From: Piromyces finnis finn
Lineage: Eukaryota > Fungi > Neocallimastigomycota
Length of the DNA: 64,000 nt
NCBI GenBank assembly: GCA_002104945.1
Contig: MCFH01000015.1
Coordinates: forward strand, 620,001 to 684,000
Direction of reading: 5' to 3'
Positions within the stretch are counted from its first letter, which is position 1. Every line of letters starts with the position of its first letter. The notes below the pieces were generated by a model. That model had not been told where the DNA came from. It ran no database searches and worked only from the letters and a program-made list of their open reading frames with translations. This document shows, piece after piece, positions 37,347 to 51,531 of this stretch. Both the position numbers and the translations under genes were made by a program.

Positions 37347-39047
37347 TTAATTACAGAATCCAAAATTTGGTTGACATCCATAATCACAAAATTCGGAACC
37401 AATACCACAATGTCCATCCTTTGAACAACATTCATTATTTGGACATTTTTGATTACCGGCGAGATGACCACAACCATGATATTTTCCATTTTTAGAGTAA
37501 ACCATATGTTTACCATTATTAAGTAAAACATTTGGAACTCCTTCCGGTAAACCTTTAATGACATTCTTTTGACCAATTTTATATAGATAATCAAGCATTA
37601 AGGTTTTATTAAATTTAATCTCTGGAAATTCTGACATAATGGTAGCAGCAACACCAGCTGCAATTGGAGAAGAAAATGAAGTTCCTCTGGAAACAACATC
37701 TTTAAGAATAGTTGTATTGTAAGGTTGATATCTAAAATGAAAACTGAATGGGGCGTATATATCAACTCCTTCACCATAATTAGAATCTTTATCCCGGGTA
37801 TAATAAATTACATCAGAATTGCGAACGTGTGTTTCTAAATTTTTATAATTGACATTACTTATTCCACCAACACAAATAGTATAATTTTCTAAGCAGGGAA
37901 TGGATTGTTTATTATAGGTTACATTATAAGATAATTCTCCTTCATTACCAGCAGAAGTAAATATAACACTACCAGCTTCTGTTAACTCTTCAAATAATTC
38001 GTTCACACGAGAGGTAGTTTTACTAATTGGGGAACTTCTTTGGATTTCTTTAATATATCCATACGATAAATTAAAAATAGATTTATAGGGTCTGAATAAA
38101 TTTTCTTTAATGTATTCTAAAGCAGAAATGACATTAGCCGAAGTAATATCTTCAAAGAGAACAGCATAAATGTTAGCTTTTCTTGCAGCACCATGTTCTT
38201 TACCAGCTGCTGCTTCAGCAACAGTAGTTCCATGACTACTTTGTTTTTTATTAAAACAATAGATATCTGAGTTTGCTTCCACCACCTTAGCCTTTGTGAT
38301 ATTAAATAAACATTTAATGATACGTTCATTTTTATTAGAAAATTCTGGATGATTGAAATTGAATCCAACATCTAAAATATATAAATCAATATCTTTACCC
38401 GCAGATTCCGGGTAATAATAATTTTTGTCATATTTATCTACTCTACTTTCATTAAATTCACCTTGAGAAATAATGGAGAGGTGAAGAGGAGCATTTTCCC
38501 TTACCATAACATTATTCCATCCAGTTTCTTCTTTAATTTCTTCGATATCATAAATAGAGTTTGGTTCATAGACTTCGTTTGGAACAACGTCAATTACCTC
38601 AGGTCTTGATTTAATCATTGAAATTAATGAATTTGAAAGGTAGGCAAAAAGAACGGTTTTAGATTCTGTTTTTGAAATTGGATAGACATAGTTAGATTCC
38701 CCGTAATCAACTAAATATTTAACTTCGCTATCTCTCTTTCTTAACCTAGCATCTTCTTTATCCAATTCATCTAAAACCTCTGGATCTTTAAAAGTATCAA
38801 TATTATCAACAATTAAGTTGTGAATTTCATTAACAAAAGAATCAATAAATACTGAGGTATCTTGACGTTTATGATGAATATTTTTTTTAGAATTATCAAC
38901 ATATATTAAATAAAAATCATCCTCAAATTTATTATCCTGTTCAATCTTATTAACATTTGATAGATCAATACTTAACGTATTAACTAATGTGATAAAAAGA
39001 GTAATAATACTCCAAAACGTTTGTTTATTTAGGATATGACTTTTCAT
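37347..39047 (-). CDS. Secreted S8 subtilisin-like protease 4 with C-terminal 8-Cys hevein/CBM18-like domain, 566 aa
   Basis: Motifs YILDVG, SHGTTVAE, SAGNE and GTSFSSP; C-terminus CGHLAGNQKCPNNECCSKDGHCGIGSEFCDYGCQPNFGFCN. Confidence 0.93.
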   Translation of the reverse strand: MKSHILNKQTFWSIITLFITLVNTLSIDLSNVNKIEQDNKFEDDFYLIYVDNSKKNIHHKRQDTSVFIDSFVNEIHNLIVDNIDTFKDPEVLDELDKEDARLRKRDSEVKYLVDYGESNYVYPISKTESKTVLFAYLSNSLISMIKSRPEVIDVVPNEVYEPNSIYDIEEIKEETGWNNVMVRENAPLHLSIISQGEFNESRVDKYDKNYYYPESAGKDIDLYILDVGFNFNHPEFSNKNERIIKCLFNITKAKVVEANSDIYCFNKKQSSHGTTVAEAAAGKEHGAARKANIYAVLFEDITSANVISALEYIKENLFRPYKSIFNLSYGYIKEIQRSSPISKTTSRVNELFEELTEAGSVIFTSAGNEGELSYNVTYNKQSIPCLENYTICVGGISNVNYKNLETHVRNSDVIYYTRDKDSNYGEGVDIYAPFSFHFRYQPYNTTILKDVVSRGTSFSSPIAAGVAATIMSEFPEIKFNKTLMLDYLYKIGQKNVIKGLPEGVPNVLLNNGKHMVYSKNGKYHGCGHLAGNQKCPNNECCSKDGHCGIGSEFCDYGCQPNFGFCN

Positions 39048-41718
39048 AATAGAATTGATTATTTTTATTTATGTCCTTTTATAATTTCCAAAGGTAACGA
39101 ATTTTTTTTTTTGTTTATGACTATTACAATATAATCTTTAAATAATAGGATTATGTTTATATCTGAAAATAAATAAAAATAGTTATAATACTAATAATTA
39201 TTTATTGAAAAAATAAACTATTTTGTTTGTTTTTCTCTATAAATTTAAAAATAGCAATAAATAAATAGGTGTGTCAATGGTTTACTATTTATTTTTAGTA
39301 AAGGAAAAAAAAAAAGATTAACAAGTTGCCCTTACAATTCTTTTCATTATTTCAATTATTGATTTAAAAACTTTGATTAACCTGGAATTTATTTCTATTT
39401 ATAATAAAAAAAAATTTTTTTTTTTAATAATTATCAAACTTTTTAAATTTTTTATTATTAAAACTAAAATATTAAATAATATATTGTATAATATATTATT
39501 AAATTAAAACCAATACAATCAAGTTTTTTTTTTATTTAAAAAAAGTTTATGATTGAATAGACTTTGACACAATAAAATATTTAATATTATTAATATAAAT
39601 GATAAAATAAAAAAAGATTGAAATTAAATATTATATTATTATTAAATATTAATAAGAATATAAAATATCACTTTTATTTTTATTACTAATTTCCAATTAG
39701 TATAGTTTTATTAATAGCAAAGTAACTTTGCTTTTTTTTTTTTTTTTTTTTTTAAAAAAAACAATATTCTTTCTTTGATATTGGATAAATGGTAAAACAA
39801 AACAAAAAACAGAAAAACATTTTTTACTACTAATTAAAATTAATTTAAAAAAAAGAAATGAACCAATTATATTTTATTATATATTAAAATTGACAAAAAA
39901 TCATTTCATTGGTTTAATATGGAAAAAAAGAATAAGTTTTTTAGAAAATTGTCACCAAATTTTTATTCAACCAAGAAATCAATGGGATACAAATGTTACA
40001 CAATAAATGTTTTAAATTTTTTAAAAAAAAAGATTTTTATAAAAGTGTAGTCCTTACCACAGCTTTTTGCCACTTTTTTAAAATTTCTCTGGCTAGAAGA
40101 TATTATATTTTATGTAAAGAAAAGATGTACTAAAAAAATAAAAAAGTATAGAATTTTGATTCAATTAAACTAATTAGTAAAAAAAAGATAAATAAAGAGT
40201 TAAACTAAATATAAAAAGAGTATATAATATTTTTAGAGTCATACTAATTATTATAATTTATTTTTATATATCAATAGTAATTTATTTATCAAAACAATTA
40301 AAGGTTAATATAATTTTAAGCTATCATTATATATCAATTTTTTAACTATAATATATATCAATGATTAAAACTTTTTTTTCTACTTTTTACCATTTCCTTT
40401 ATATGAATGTGTTTAAATAGATCAATAATAAAAAAGTTTTATACATTAAAAAATTCAAATAATAACTAATGAAATGAATTAAAAATAATATTATTATAGT
40501 ATTAAATTGTTAAAAGATTCTATATATTGAAAAAATTATTATTATAGTAATGATATTAAAAGAAATGAGAATAAAATAATGTGAAATCAAATTTAACAAC
40601 AAAATCAATAAAGTTGAAAAAAGTTTTATTTTTTTTTTTAGTTTTCATTACCTTTAAAATGGTTCTTTTGAATTTATTTAAAAAATATTTTAATATAAAA
40701 TAAAGTTTTAAACATTTATCCATTTTTATAACATATTCGAGACATTTTTAAATTTTTAATTTAAATTTAATTTAAAAACAAAACAAAAAATTAAATTAAA
40801 TTTATTATTAAAAATTTTTTTAAAATCTGAAATTAAAGATAGAATAATTTTTATAAAAAATAAAAATCATTTTATTATTATTTATTAAATTCTATATGAA
40901 AAAGAAAAGAAAATAAAACATCTTTGATAATGCACAATTTTTATAATAAAAAAGCTAATATAAAAAATAATAAAGAGATAAAAATTTTTTATTTAAAGTG
41001 ATTTAAAATTTTAAGAATTGGTTTGATGTTCTATTACTTTGTTTTAAAAAGAAAATATTAAAAGATGATCATTAAAAATTAAAATTTAATTTTTATTTAT
41101 AAAATTTTCTGTATTATATAATCCTTTTTTTTTTAATAAAAATGATTACATTATCCGTTTTTAAATCAAACGGCACCTACTTTAATTGGTATGATTTTAA
41201 TGATTTATAGTAACACAAGATTTATTGAAAGTGGGTTAATAAATAAAATTAATTAATTTTTAGTTTTATCTCCCTTTTAAGATCAAGCTTAAATTTTTAT
41301 TATTGATCATATTATTACCAAATGTATAATAATATTTTTTAAAGATTATGATATTCAATAAACCTTAGAAGAATTAATGAATTTCCAATTATTTTCTATT
41401 TTTTTTATATGTAAATGCCAAAGGTCGATTTAATTGTTGAGTAAGATGGACTCTTCTTCTAATAGATTATTTTTAATACACAAGACAGTAATATCTTTTT
41501 ATTTTATTAAAAGCTTTGGAAAGATTGATTAAAAGTCCCTTCGGATGTTATATAGAGTTGTTTAAACTGTTAAAGTCTTCTATATATGAATTAAAGTATT
41601 TTAAATCCTTTCTTTTTCTAATAATAAGAAAATTTACAATATTAAATTTTTGATTTGAATAATTAATGACCATTTGGTATAATATTTTATTGAAAATATT
41701 TTAAGAAATAATGAAAAT

Positions 41719-41905
41719 AAAAAACTCTAAAAGGTAACAGGTTTAATTATTCCTATTGCTTTAAATAAAAAACTCTAAAAAGTAACAGGTTTAATTATTC
41801 CTATTACTTTAAATAAAAAACTCTAAAAAGTAACAGGTTTAATTATTCCTATTGCTTTAAATAAAAAACTCTAAAAAGTAACAGGTTTAATTATTACTAT
41901 CACTT
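41719..41905. repeat. 48-bp minisatellite, about 3.8 copies
   Basis: CTCTAAAA(A/G)GTAACAGGTTTAATTATTCCTATT(G/A)CTTTAAATAAAAAA starts at 41725, 41773, 41821 and 41869. Every frame contains stops. Confidence 0.92.
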
Positions 41906-43100
41906 TAAGGATATAAAGATTAAAATGTATATATTCTATCTAGAATTATCAATAATTTTTTAATATTATTTGATTCTCTATACTTTGGCTTTTTTTGTGA
42001 CCATTGTTTTCGTTCATTTTAAACTAATTATTGTGTATTGTTATTCTTTTATCCATCAAGTAATAGCTTTATTATAGGTAATATTTATGGGTATACCAAT
42101 ATTGATATATGATTCATAAAAAGAAATAAATAAATAAATTCTAAAGTAAAAACTTTTGTAATACAAAAATACAAAAATAAAATTCTAATTAGTTGTTTAT
42201 TAAATTTCCTCTTTAATAATTATGACCGACCTTTCTAATCAAAATTTTCAACTTTTGTAAATGTAATGAAATAACTGTCATTGTACTGTTCTTTTTCAAT
42301 GATCTTCCCTTTTCTTTTTATAATACCTCGGCTAGAACCTATAGACAAAAAGATTATGATCAAATGAAGAAAAAAATCCTTTTTTTTTTCTATCATTAAT
42401 AAACTATGAATTTTTACTTAACTCTTTAATAATATACATTATTCATATTAATAGTATAAATGATTAGTTTCTATATTTAAATTGATTCCAATAAAATAGA
42501 AAAAAAAATAATAAAAAAGAAAATAACACCAGTTTATTTCAATTTTTATTTAAAAAAAAAAAAGCTTTTTAAAGTCTTAGTAAAAGTATAACTATTATTG
42601 ATATTTATATGACAAAATATTATAATTTTTTTTTAAAAAATAAACTTTAAAAATTTAATAATATAAATTATTCAAAGTATTATTATAAATAGTATTAAGT
42701 AATAGCTGTGATAATGTGTATTCTTTTGTAATTGTTAGTGTAGTAACATTGAGGTAGCCAAAGTAGTAATGGTTAATTAAATTTAGTGGTAGTAGTGTAG
42801 TAACATTGAGGTAGTAGTGGTCATTATTCGTAGTAGGTAATAATAATAAAAAAAGGATGAGTAATCTAACAATTGGGTGACAAATTATAGTATATAAATG
42901 TTTCTATCAAAATCTTTAATTCCTTTTATTTTATTGGTTCATGGTATGACAATTTTTCTTAAAATTTACAATTTTATATTTATTAAAGTTTTAAAGATCT
43001 TTAATTTTAAATTACTAAATTTGATTGATGTAGTACTTTATTTTTTTTCAAAAGTTAAAATTTTAATAATAAAGCAAGACTAAAACAAAAAAAGGCTAAT

Positions 43101-43725
43101 ACTACATACGAATACATAATACATAGTATTACTACTACTATTACTTTGACTATTACTATTACTATTACTATTACTATTACTATTACTATTACTATTACTA
43201 TTACTATTACTATTACTATTACTATTACTATTACTATTACTATTACTATTACTATTACTATTACTATTACTATTACTATTACTATTACTATTACTATTAC
43301 TATTACTATTACTATTACTATTACTATTACTATTACTATTACTATTACTATTACTATTACTATTACTATTATATTACTATTACTATTACTATTACTATTA
43401 CTATTACTATTACTATTACTATTACTATTACTATTACTATTACTATTACTATTACTATTACTATTACTATTACTATTACTATTACTATTACTATTACTAT
43501 TACTATTACTATTATATTACTATTACTATTACTATTACTATTACTATTACTATTACTATTACTATTACTATTACTATTACTATTACTATTACTATTACTA
43601 TTACTATTACTATTACTATTACTATTATTATTACTTTGACTATTACTATTATTATTACTTTGACTATTACTATTACTATTAACTACCACTAATACTAATT
43701 TATAATACATAGTATTACTACTACT
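43101..43725 (-). repeat. Second copy of the (TAGTAA)n composite satellite, inverted relative to 6830-7436
   Basis: (TTACTA)n with TTACTTTGACTATTAC variants (reverse complement of the AGTCAA variant). ACTACATACGAATACATAATACATAGT at ~43101 is the reverse complement of the embedded motif. Confidence 0.95.
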
Positions 43726-45508
43726 TCTACATACTAATTACTAATAATTAGAATAATAATGATGATGATGACGATAATATTATTATTCAAATAACAAATT
43801 TTCATTATAATCATATTACTAATATATTTGAATAATATTTTTAAAGTCATACTATTATTTATTATAAATAGTTATTATTATGTATGTATGACATTATTAT
43901 TATTTAAAAGTTGAATATTTTTTCATTACCCTTTGACATTCTATCAATATATAATTTATATATATTTAAAAGGAATACATAAACTTTTTTTTTTTAAAAA
44001 TATCATCATTATCATTTGACATGACATCAATATTGAATTTGCGGTGTTGAACCTTTTAACTTTTATTTGAAGCCTTAAAACGTCACTTTAATTGATTAAA
44101 AAGGAAGTAATTATAAAAAGATAGCTTACAATAAATAATAATAATTCTATAGAATTAGAAAAGAAAACGACAAAACTACAACAATTTCTTATTGCTAAAA
44201 TGTCGATTTTATTATGAATGAAAAGTTCAAGTTTACTATTAAAAATTAAACATTATTTAAAAATTTCTAAAAATGGAGAAATTAAAAAAATTTAAAATTT
44301 TAAATTAATAAAATTGGAGAAATAAATTTTAAATTAAAAAATTTTATTTTTTTTTTTTTATTTTTATATCAAAAGGTTTTCATGCTTTTACTGTTACTGT
44401 TTTATTTTTTTTTTTTTTCTAATGAAATTAATAATGATGAAAAGAAGGAAACTCTTTTTTATATATTTAAATTTATTATTATTTAATTTGAATTTAAAGT
44501 TTAAAAAAATTTTTTATAAAGTTTAATAGAATTGAAAATATTTAAATTTAAATTTAAATAGGCATAAAAGATGTTTTACAATGAATAAATCAATAAAAAG
44601 ATGTTTTTTTTTTTTTTTTAATATAATAACTAAAAGAATAATAATAATAGAATAATAATAATAATTAAAAGATTAATAACTAAAAGAAGAAGAATAATAA
44701 TAGAATAATAATAATAATAATTAAAAGATTAATTAAAAATTCTACTAAAAGTTTCATTATAATAATAAGAATTTTTAATTTAAAAACTAATTATTTTTTT
44801 TTAATATTATTCTTTTTTTTTTTTCAAATTTTTAATATAGAATAGTAGGAAGGGAAATTTTGTCAAAGAAGAAAAAAAAAACATTTAAAGATTCTACACC
44901 TAAAATATAACTTTCTTTATTTTGTATTGATGATCTATTCCATTAAAAGGATTGTTATTAAAAAGTTTAATCCTTTTCATTATACAAAATAATTATAAAA
45001 TAATAAAATCATCCATACTACTTTTATAATAATAATCAATAGATAAATAGTACCAACACCATTAGTATATATAAATGTATTTAAAAAAAAAAACTACTTT
45101 TTTTTTTTTTTGAAAATTTTTCTTTTTATTTATTTATTTTGTTTTTATTTATTTTCCCAATTTTTTTTTTTTTTTTTTTTTTTTGTATTTAGATATGGGT
45201 AATTCATAAATAATGATTATATAATGATGAATTTTTTTTATTAATATTATCTTTATATACTATAGGATAGTAAGGAAATCTAAACTTTTTATTTTGAGAA
45301 ATTACATCTTTTTTTTATATATATATAAAAAAAAAAGACTCCCAAAATACAAAGTTGGATTGGTTTACTTTATAATTATTTATAAAATAAAAAAAAATTC
45401 TATAGATACTATGATTTAGTATATACTTTAAAAAAAAAATAAATATTCATCAAGAATAGTTAAAAAAAAAAAATAATTTTTTTTTATTTATTATTGATTT
45501 TCAACACT

Positions 45509-47140
45509 TTATTTGGTACAAGTACCGTATAAAGTTTGACATCCATTATCAATTTTACAACTGGAAGTACCATACTTTTGACAGTAACCCAAGATGGAAC
45601 AACACTTATTATCACTACACTTTGATTCACCAGCATGGATACCACATCCATTATAAACACCATTCATAGAATATACAATAAGTTTGCCATTATTAACAAA
45701 TAAACCTGGGGTATCGTAGGTAATGTTTTGGACTCTATTTTCTTGACCATATTTTTGTAAATAGTTTTTAAGCATAATACTAGTATTAAATGTTTTTCCT
45801 ATATTTTCACCCATAAATAAAGCGGCAACACCAGAAACAATAGCAGAAGAGTATGATGTTCCTGAAGGATTGCTTCTCATATTAGTTTTATCATCCATAG
45901 TTCTATAAGCAATACTGAAATCAAATGGAGCAAAAATATCAATACCATTACCATAATTAGATAACTTTGCTCTATATATATATTGAATATTTGATGAGGT
46001 TTCACTGTTAACCCCCCCAACAGAAATGACATTATTGAATTGGGATGGTAAATGGTATAAATCATTTTTGACATCATTTACTAAGGTACCGTCATTTCCT
46101 GCTGAAGCAACAAAAACAGCACCAACTTGAGCTAATGAATTGATAATTTCTTGTTCACTAGAATATTCACCTTCCACTTGACTAGAGTACTTATAACCTC
46201 CATAAGAGAAATTGAAAATAGCTTTATTAGCTCTTAAATACTTCTTTTTAATGTATTGTAAGGCGGCAACTTCATTAGCTGCAGTGAATTCTTTAAAGTT
46301 TATACCATAAATATTGGCTTTCTTTGCAACACCATCAGTAGTACCTGCTATAACGGCAGCAACTTTTGAACCATGATTAACAGAAGAATCCTTATTACCA
46401 CAAATCTTTGAATTAATTTCGGTAACCTTACTTTTATCTACGCTTAAAAGACATCTAGCTTCACGATTAGTATTTGAGAAATTTGGGTGGTTAAAGTTAA
46501 AGTCTTGATCAAATATAAAGACATCAACATCAGTTCCAGCAGTAACTGGATAATAATAACTGGTATCATATTCTTCAACAAACTTACTACTATATTCCCC
46601 TTGAGAAATGGAAGAAAGATGGAATGGGGTTTCCTTTCTTACTAAAAGATCACTCCATCCAGTATGCTTTAAAACTCTATTGTAACTATAGTGAGCTTCT
46701 GCTTGATAAACAAAATCTTTTTCAAATCCTAAAACATCTGGAAATTCTCTAATGGTATCAACTAAATCCCCGGTAAGGTAGGAATAAAGAATGGTTTTAT
46801 CATTTACATTAGCAATTGGATAGATAAATGGAGATTCTCCATAATCAATTTCAGTATTTTCTGAGTCGTCTCTCTTTCTTAGGTTACTTTCTTCTTCCAT
46901 TTCTTCTAAAACAGTAACATTTTTATAGGTATTAAAGTTTCCTACAATTAAATTATGTATTTCATTGATGGTAGCTTCAACATTATCACTAATTTCTTGA
47001 CGTTTTTTATTATGGTTTTCTTCACTTGGATCTCTAATATATATCATATAAAAACCTTCGTCATTATTTTCAATTTTATTTGAAAATACTGAGTTTATTA
47101 AAAATATGACTAGTATGGATAAAATATAGAAATTCTTCAT
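45509..47140 (-). CDS. Secreted S8 subtilisin-like protease 5 with C-terminal hevein/CBM18-like domain, 543 aa
   Basis: Motifs FIFDQDF, NHGSKVAA, SAGND and GTSYSSA; C-terminus CGIHAGESKCSDNKCCSILGYCQKYGTSSCKIDNGCQTLYGTC. Confidence 0.92.
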   Translation of the reverse strand: MKNFYILSILVIFLINSVFSNKIENNDEGFYMIYIRDPSEENHNKKRQEISDNVEATINEIHNLIVGNFNTYKNVTVLEEMEEESNLRKRDDSENTEIDYGESPFIYPIANVNDKTILYSYLTGDLVDTIREFPDVLGFEKDFVYQAEAHYSYNRVLKHTGWSDLLVRKETPFHLSSISQGEYSSKFVEEYDTSYYYPVTAGTDVDVFIFDQDFNFNHPNFSNTNREARCLLSVDKSKVTEINSKICGNKDSSVNHGSKVAAVIAGTTDGVAKKANIYGINFKEFTAANEVAALQYIKKKYLRANKAIFNFSYGGYKYSSQVEGEYSSEQEIINSLAQVGAVFVASAGNDGTLVNDVKNDLYHLPSQFNNVISVGGVNSETSSNIQYIYRAKLSNYGNGIDIFAPFDFSIAYRTMDDKTNMRSNPSGTSYSSAIVSGVAALFMGENIGKTFNTSIMLKNYLQKYGQENRVQNITYDTPGLFVNNGKLIVYSMNGVYNGCGIHAGESKCSDNKCCSILGYCQKYGTSSCKIDNGCQTLYGTCTK

Positions 47141-50100
47141 TTTGAATAGTTTTTTTTTTTTTTTACAAAATTTTATTTATATAAATTAGTTTTATAGTTT
47201 TTTCTTCCTTTTAATAGTTTTTTATTTTTTGTTATTTCTTTATTATATATATATAACTATTATTTCTATTATACAGTATTGTAATATTATATATATATAA
47301 TATTTTTTTTTTCTTTATTTGTCACTTTTTATATATACATACAATTGAGTTTTTTTTTTTAATACTATTAAATATTATAAATAGTATTATCTTTTTTTTA
47401 CAATTGTTTATTTACTTTTAATTTTACCTAAAATCTTTTAAAAAAAAAAGAAGGGGACTTTTTCTCTTTTATATATAAATCTTTTTTTTTATTTTTATTT
47501 AATATTGTTTTTACAATGATTATTTGTGCTAAAATTTACAAAATTTAATTTACAGTTTCACTATTATATAAAATTAATATTCACACATTTCTTTAATTAA
47601 AAATATTAAACTTTATTTATTATATTTTTATATATTAAATATTATGAAATTAAACTTTAATTAATATTGTTTCAAAAGAGATTAAAAGTGTATTTTTAAA
47701 AAATAAATGAAATATTAAAAAAAAAAGGATTTTTTTTTAATTAATTTATATATATAATTTATATAGAAATAAATAATATTAATATAAACTATTATATAAA
47801 ATAATATAATATAAAAAAAGGATGTATTCTATATATTATATAAAACAAAACTATTATATACAATAACAATTTAATATATAGAATAATAAATATATAATAA
47901 ATATATAATAAAACCAAAAGTCGTTAGGATGAATAATTTTTATTATTTATAATTAATAATATAGGCATTTCTTTATCAATAATAATTTTTGTCCTGGTAA
48001 AGTAACCTATACTTGTTCATTTCAAATACTACATTTCAACAACAACATGACTATTTAATAGTAATATTATTTATTTTTTAACAATAATAACAACAATAAT
48101 AACAATAACAATGATAATAATGATAATAATAATGATAATAATAATAATAATAATAATAATACTATCATTTAATAATAAATATAAATAGTTAATACTTTTT
48201 TTTAATAATACTATAATTATAGGATTGTTTTAAATAGAATGAATTTTTTTTTAATTAATATTTCTTAATTAAAAATCTCTGTATATAAAAAATATATTGT
48301 AATTCTATTATTGTCTATTATTTAAAATATATTATATTTATATTATTTATATGACATACAATATATAATTATTATAAAAATAATATTTTTTAATTTAATT
48401 TAATATAATATTAAAAAATTAAATATTATAATATAATAAATTAAAAAAAAATATGCATTTAATATATTAAAATAGTGAAAAGATTGAAAATCTTAAAAAT
48501 TAATATTTATTATTTGATATTCATTTCCTTTTAAAAAAAAAGGAAAATAAGCCTTTTATTTTTTTATTTAGTTATATTATTTATATATAAATTACATGCA
48601 TTTTTATATTCTTTTTTTGGATAATAATACTTTTTTATAATTTATTTATAATGAATACATGAATACATGAATACTCTATAATTAAAATTTATTTTTTTTC
48701 TTTTAAATTAAATCTTATCAACTTTATTTTTAATTAAAAACATGCATTTTTTTTTTCTTACTATTATCACTTTTATATTAATTTCTTATTTAAAAAAAAA
48801 AAAAGAATTAAAAATTTTCATGAATCATTTTAATTTTTATAATAAATAAACTTTCTACTTATTCATCTAACCCTTTTAATATTTAAAAAAATTTTTGTAA
48901 CCAGAATTTGTAGCAATTTCATTGATGGATGACTTTTTTTATTTAATTAAAAAATTTTTTTTTATTTATTTTATTTTTTCGTATCAAACTTTATTTATTA
49001 ATAAATATTTTGTCTTTCCTAATTTGTACGACATCATTTTAATTTATTTTTTTAAAAATCATTAAATTAAAAAATAAATTTTTTATGTGGTGGTTTCATT
49101 TTAAATGTATAAAAAAGGATGATTGACATAATATTAATAATTAAAGTTTGTAGTCTTTTTTTTAAATTTTTTTATTGGTATAAAATAAATGAATAAAAGT
49201 TTTTACAATAAATTTTATAGACAAAAAATTAAATGTTTGTATATCAATATATAAATCCATCTTATGTAAAATAGTAAACAAGGAAGATCCGATTATAGAA
49301 ATTCATAAAATTTTAAAAGATAAATAGCTTTTAAAGTGAATAAACAACTTTTCATTATATATGCAAGAGATGCATTAAAAAAAAAAGTATAAATCATTTT
49401 TAATAACAATAAAATAAAAAACTTTTAAAAATCTAATTTCATGGTATAAAACATTTTTATTTACCTCGGAGACTATCTTTTTTCCTTTTTTAAAATAGGG
49501 GTGAATGTTTGATATTCATATAAAATAATTAATTTAATAGCATTTTACTATTAAAATAAATAATAAAATCTTTTAAGATTTTTCTTATTAATAAATAAAA
49601 AAGGGACATATTTCAATTAAAAACTAATAAAAAATAGTTGATAGCTTAAACAATAAATAAAAAAAGTAAAATATACAGTATTATTCTCATTTCTTCTTTT
49701 TAACTATTAAAAAATAAAAGAAAGGATTCTGTCACAAAAAAATAAAAAAAATTTCAAAGTGCCACATTAATTAAAACTTTCCTAATATATAAATTTTCCT
49801 AATATGTTTTTTTTATTTTTTTAGGAAATCATAAAAATAAATTAAAATTAGTTATGATAAAGTTTGTGTAACAAATTATAAATAATAAGTTAAATTAAAT
49901 TGAAACGAATAAAAATAAAAGTGATTAAAGTGTTTTAAAACTGCTTTTTTTTTTTTTTTGACTTTTTAATCTTGGCTATGATAGTTAGGAGAGGAAAAAG
50001 TTTCTCCTCTACAAAGACATGGTTAAAAATGGATGATTTCTTTTTTATTTTTTTTCATAGAGATAATAAAATTATAAGAATAAAAAAAAAAAAGAAAAAA

Positions 50101-51531
50101 TAGAAAATTAGGTATTTTTATATCATTTTAGGTATAGTAAAAGTTTTTATACAAAATTTTAAAAAGTTAGTAACCTTTTTGGTGAAAAATAAAACTTAAA
50201 TTTTACTATACAACATTTAAAGTAATATTAAATAACGTTAAAGAAAATTGATAAAATTCTCTTTTTTTTTTTTTTTTAATTAAAAATTGTAGTAAGAAGA
50301 AAAGGAAAAAGAAGAGTAAAGTGTGGTTTAACGATTTAATCAAGAATTCATAATATCTTTTTTTTTTTTTTCAAACTGTTATTATAATACCTTTCATTTT
50401 TACAAAATATTGTACTTTAATTTTTTCACGTCTTATGTAAGATGGTTGTAAAATGTAATGTATAAAAAGTTTTTATCTAATCGAAAAATACTCAATGTCT
50501 TTTTTTTTTTTTTTTTTTTTTGTATCCCTTGTTTAAAAGTATCACATCACATTGTCATTATGATGATATTTTTTTTAAAAAGTCAAAATGTATACCTTTG
50601 TATGTGTGGAAATATAATATATAGTAATATTAAGGCTTAATAATAAATCTTTTAATAAGAAAGGAATATTCAAGGTAAAAAAAAAAAAATACAATGGTAT
50701 TAACAATTAATCAGGGAATTTTTTTTTTTTTTCATTGTAAGGATGAATGAATGGTAAAAACTTTGATGAAAGCAATAAAACATTAAAATACCTTTTTAAA
50801 GAAATATATGGAATAATAAAATTTTCAATACCAAAATAATTTGACTATTTAAAAGAAAAAATAAAATATATAAAAAAATTTATAATTATAATGTTATGAA
50901 AATTTATGAATGAATTAGGAATGAGATGAAACAGATAAAACATAAATTAAAGAATAAAAATATAGATATGCATCCATACTTTTATTTTTTAGTATTTATA
51001 TATTTCTATAAAATACTATCATAATAATTATATTAATCATAGAAATTTCTGTTTTTTTTTTTTTTTTATAACAATCATAATAAATAATTATAATAAAGAA
51101 TCATAATAAATAATCTTTAGAGATTAGTTATTAATATATTTATTAAAAATTATATATAAATTATCCAATCCATAATGCGTTTTTATTAAATATTTTGTAA
51201 TGTGTAAAGGAAGATAAAGATATAATATTTTTACTATGTTATATTAATTTTTTTTATTATTTTATTATTTTATTATTTTATTATTTTATTATTATATTAT
51301 TATTTTATTATATTATTTTATTATTATATTATTTTATTATTATTTACATTCATTTCTCAATTATAGTATGATATTATATTTTTGATTGAATTTTTTTTTT
51401 TATTAATTATTTCATAAAGAATTCCTTCATTTTTTTTCCTCTTTCTCTTTCTTTCTTTACTGATAGAAAAGAGATTAAAAATTAATTAAATCAAAAAAAA
51501 AAAGGAAAGGATTTATTATTAAGATTTATTT

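Noticed and set aside
41719-41905. 48-bp and 54-bp (19665) repeats as CRISPR-like arrays
   Set aside because: The units are head-to-tail with no unique spacers, there are no cas genes, and the context is eukaryotic.
43146-43710. ORFs of 178 and 113 aa (ITIT/poly-L/poly-Y, NSNS)
   Set aside because: Translations of the second satellite copy.
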